NCBI GenBank assembly: GCA_030264375.1 | Contig: JASCQW010000001.1 | Location: 47,802,134-47,866,133, forward strand | Reading direction: 5' to 3' | Origin: Carcharhinus longimanus | Lineage: Eukaryota | DNA: 64,000 nucleotides | Shown: one piece after another, positions 61,593 to 64,000 of the stretch | How positions within the stretch are numbered: the first letter of the stretch is position 1 | Layout: each line of letters opens with the position of its first letter | Made by a program: the position numbers and the translations under genes | Notes under the pieces: generated by a model | Database searches by the model: none | Seen by the model: only the letters and a program-made list of their open reading frames with translations | What the model was told of the DNA's origin: nothing

Positions 61593-62109
61593 TGATATTG
61601 ATGTGGGGGTGTTGGTGTGGGAGGATAGCTGATTCAGAGTTAAAATTTTTCCTCTCCTCTCCTAAAGGTGATGACGTTTGCTGGGGTAAGAGATGCTAAC
61701 AGTTCCATGATTCCTCAATCTTTATGTGTCAATCTAAACTGTGAATTTGATGGTGGAATGCAGACCCAAATCTCATTGCATCCTTGCCTGAAATCCACAG
61801 AGCTGCACTTTCCAACACAATACTCTATAACATTGTACACTCCCCACGCATCTTGGATCAATTGTGGTGTGTCCACTGCCATTCTAGTTTAACAACAAAC
61901 CCGCACTGTGCACCACACTGCATGATCCGTTTGCCCAGAGAACCGTTACGCTGGTGCTCACATGATGTGCATTGTTAAAGCAGGGGTTTTATTCAATTCT
62001 AGCTGCAAAGATTAGCTGTCTGGCACTTGCGCAGTGATTTTTGACATTGAATTGTATAGACAACAGTGCAAATGCTTTGAATTTTTTGACTTGTTTGTGC
62101 CCAAGTCTT

Positions 62110-62220
62110 AATACAGAGGCAAAATATTGTGGATGCTGGAGATCTGAAGTGTAAGTCGAAATGTGGACTGTTCTGGGAGGGTGAGACAGGGTCTCTGTTT
62201 TCAGTATTTTCTGTCTGTAT
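62110..62220. mobile_element. Decayed Penelope-like terminal fragment
   Basis: gcaaaatattgtggatgctggagatctgaa is similar to 2590-2620. Confidence 0.55.
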
Positions 62221-63035
62221 CCTAATACCTCTTGTGTTAACTACTGAGTTTCATGGATGTAGTTTCTAAGAATCCTAGAGATGTGTTGTATACTTCTAAC
62301 ATTACTCAATTGTCCTTACAGAATGGTATTGATAAGTTGTAGCAAAGGTGAGAAATTGGTAAAAGTGTGCTTTATAAATGAAAACATAATTGAAATAGCA
62401 TCATTTAGCCGCAAGGATCAATGTTATTTCAGCTTTGTGCTTCCTCCCAATCCAGACCCCCCCAAAAAACCCAAAATAGAAATAACGACCTTGCTGGTAA
62501 ACCTTCGGAAATTAAGTCCTTTTTTAAATGCAGGATCTACAGATGCAGGATGTAAACTCAAGTAGTAATTGTGTTTTGCCTGCATTCCATGATCTGATAA
62601 GCTGCATGTACAAAATCCAGAGGATATGAGAACCAGCAGCTTTAGTGTTTTATACAATGATCATTCGGGCCAGCTTGAATAAAGACCTGGTTACAAAGTA
62701 TTATATTTTCTGTGCTCATCAAGGTGAGAGAATGTCATCGTTAGGAAAGGGAATACTTTACGGTTTAGACTCTTATTGTCAGAATGGAACTTTCTTTGAT
62801 CAGGTAAAGCAAAAATCCCCATATTTTCTGCACTCTGTCCAAACCAAAAGCTTCAACCCCAACTACACCAGTATTGCTCTGTGTAAATTTTCCTCTGGAC
62901 TTTCCATGACTCTCGGCCAAGTCTTGGGTCGACCTGTATGACATTGCCTGTTAATGCTCAATTTGGCAATAATAACTTGATTGAAATATCCCAAGCTCAT
63001 GCCTCATAGCCAAAGATGCTTATGTTTTCAGTTTA

Positions 63036-63340
63036 TAAAGTTTATTTTTATTAGTGTCACAAGTGGGCTTACATTAACACTGCAATTAATTTACTGTGAA
63101 AATCTCCTAATCGCCACACTCCGGTGCCAGTTCAGTACACTGAGGGAGAATTTAGCATGGCGAATGCAGCTAACCAGCAGGTCTTTTGGACTGTGGGAGG
63201 AAACTGGAGCACCTGGAAGAAATCCATGCAGACACAGGGAGAACGTGCCAAATCTGCAGAGATAGTGACTCAAGCCGGGAATCAAACATTGCTCCTGAAC
63301 CGTGTGAGGCAGCAGTGCTAACCACTGCGCCAACGTGCCT
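63036..63340 (-). mobile_element. V-SINE, tail type B
   Basis: Full reverse-complement copy. Confidence 0.92.
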
Positions 63341-63589
63341 CACTTCTAGCACTGTTTACACGGTGTAGATTTCTTTATAAATATAGGAGAATGCAACTTT
63401 TTCAGATTGGAAACATTTGTTATTAAAGATTTCTGGTTTCCTACTTTACCACATCACATAACTCCACCCTGCCAGTCTATAAAATTTCAATGCAAAATTT
63501 GGTTAGGACTGTTTGACTGCCCACACAATTTAACAATTCAATTTGTTTTCCTACATAAATAATTCTGTGGTGTTTTCCATTTTAAGAAG

Positions 63590-63915
63590 TAAGTTGGTCA
63601 TGTCAGTCTTGTTGCTCTTGAACTGAGTGGTTTACAGGGTCATTTCAGAGGGCAGTTGAGAGTCAACCACATTACCTTGGATCTGGAGTCACATGTAGGC
63701 CACTCCAGGAAAGGGTTGCAGATTTCCTTCCCGAGAGGACATCAGTTAACCAGATGAGTTTTTATGACAATTGATGATAGTTTCCTGGTCACCATTACTG
63801 AGACTAGCTTTATATTCCATGTTTAAAATTAATTGAATTTAAATTTCACCAGCTACCTTGGTGGGATTTGAACCTATGTCCTTAAGGTATTAACTTGGGT
63901 TCCTGGCTTACTATT
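63590..63915 (-). mobile_element. tRNA-derived SINE family C
   Basis: gggcagttgagagtcaaccacatt...gcagatttccttccc...gtgggatttgaacc. Confidence 0.85.
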
Positions 63916-64000
63916 CTTCATAGGATCCCTACAGTGCAGAAGGAGGCCATTTGGCCCATCAAATCTGTACCAGTCCCTATCCCTGTAGCAGCATGTATTT
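63916..64000 (-). mobile_element. HE1-type SINE tail, running off the window
   Basis: cataggatccctacagtgcagaaggaggccatttggcccatc. Confidence 0.8.

Noticed and set aside
1-64000. CRISPR arrays, prokaryotic operons, rRNA, or known miRNA clusters
   Set aside because: No regularly spaced repeat-spacer array, no long dense ORFs, and no rRNA or mature miRNA sequence that I recognise; the repeats are dispersed vertebrate retroelements.

Overview
Eukaryotic, vertebrate non-coding DNA, very probably from a shark. The evidence is HE1/V-type SINEs, many CR1 LINEs and Deu-domain SINEs. The scaffold has ten N-gaps. No intact protein-coding gene can be supported: every ORF in the track with a recognisable motif is a decayed retroelement fragment (CR1, Zenon-like CR1, L2, Rex1/Babar, RTE, Vingi/ingi, Gypsy, Penelope). 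Between the repeats are transposon-poor, AT-rich unique islands (about 7.4-9.3, 28.6-33.4, 49.7-52.7 and 58.2-59.85 kb) that look like conserved regulatory DNA in a large intron or gene desert. The most notable observation is two dispersed copies (59977-60186, with a target-site duplication, and ~19430-19620) of a near-full-length U2-snRNA-derived element. Both share the same non-U2 changes, including loss of the branch-point recognition sequence, which suggests a U2-derived SINE or variant-U2 family. Also notable: a candidate divergent promoter at ~32.1-32.3 kb with outward-facing splice donors, decayed hammerhead-ribozyme cores in Penelope ends, a Vingi remnant, and a multi-layer nest of insertions inside a Gypsy element. 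Coordinates of old repeats are approximate because they were read by eye without alignment tools.
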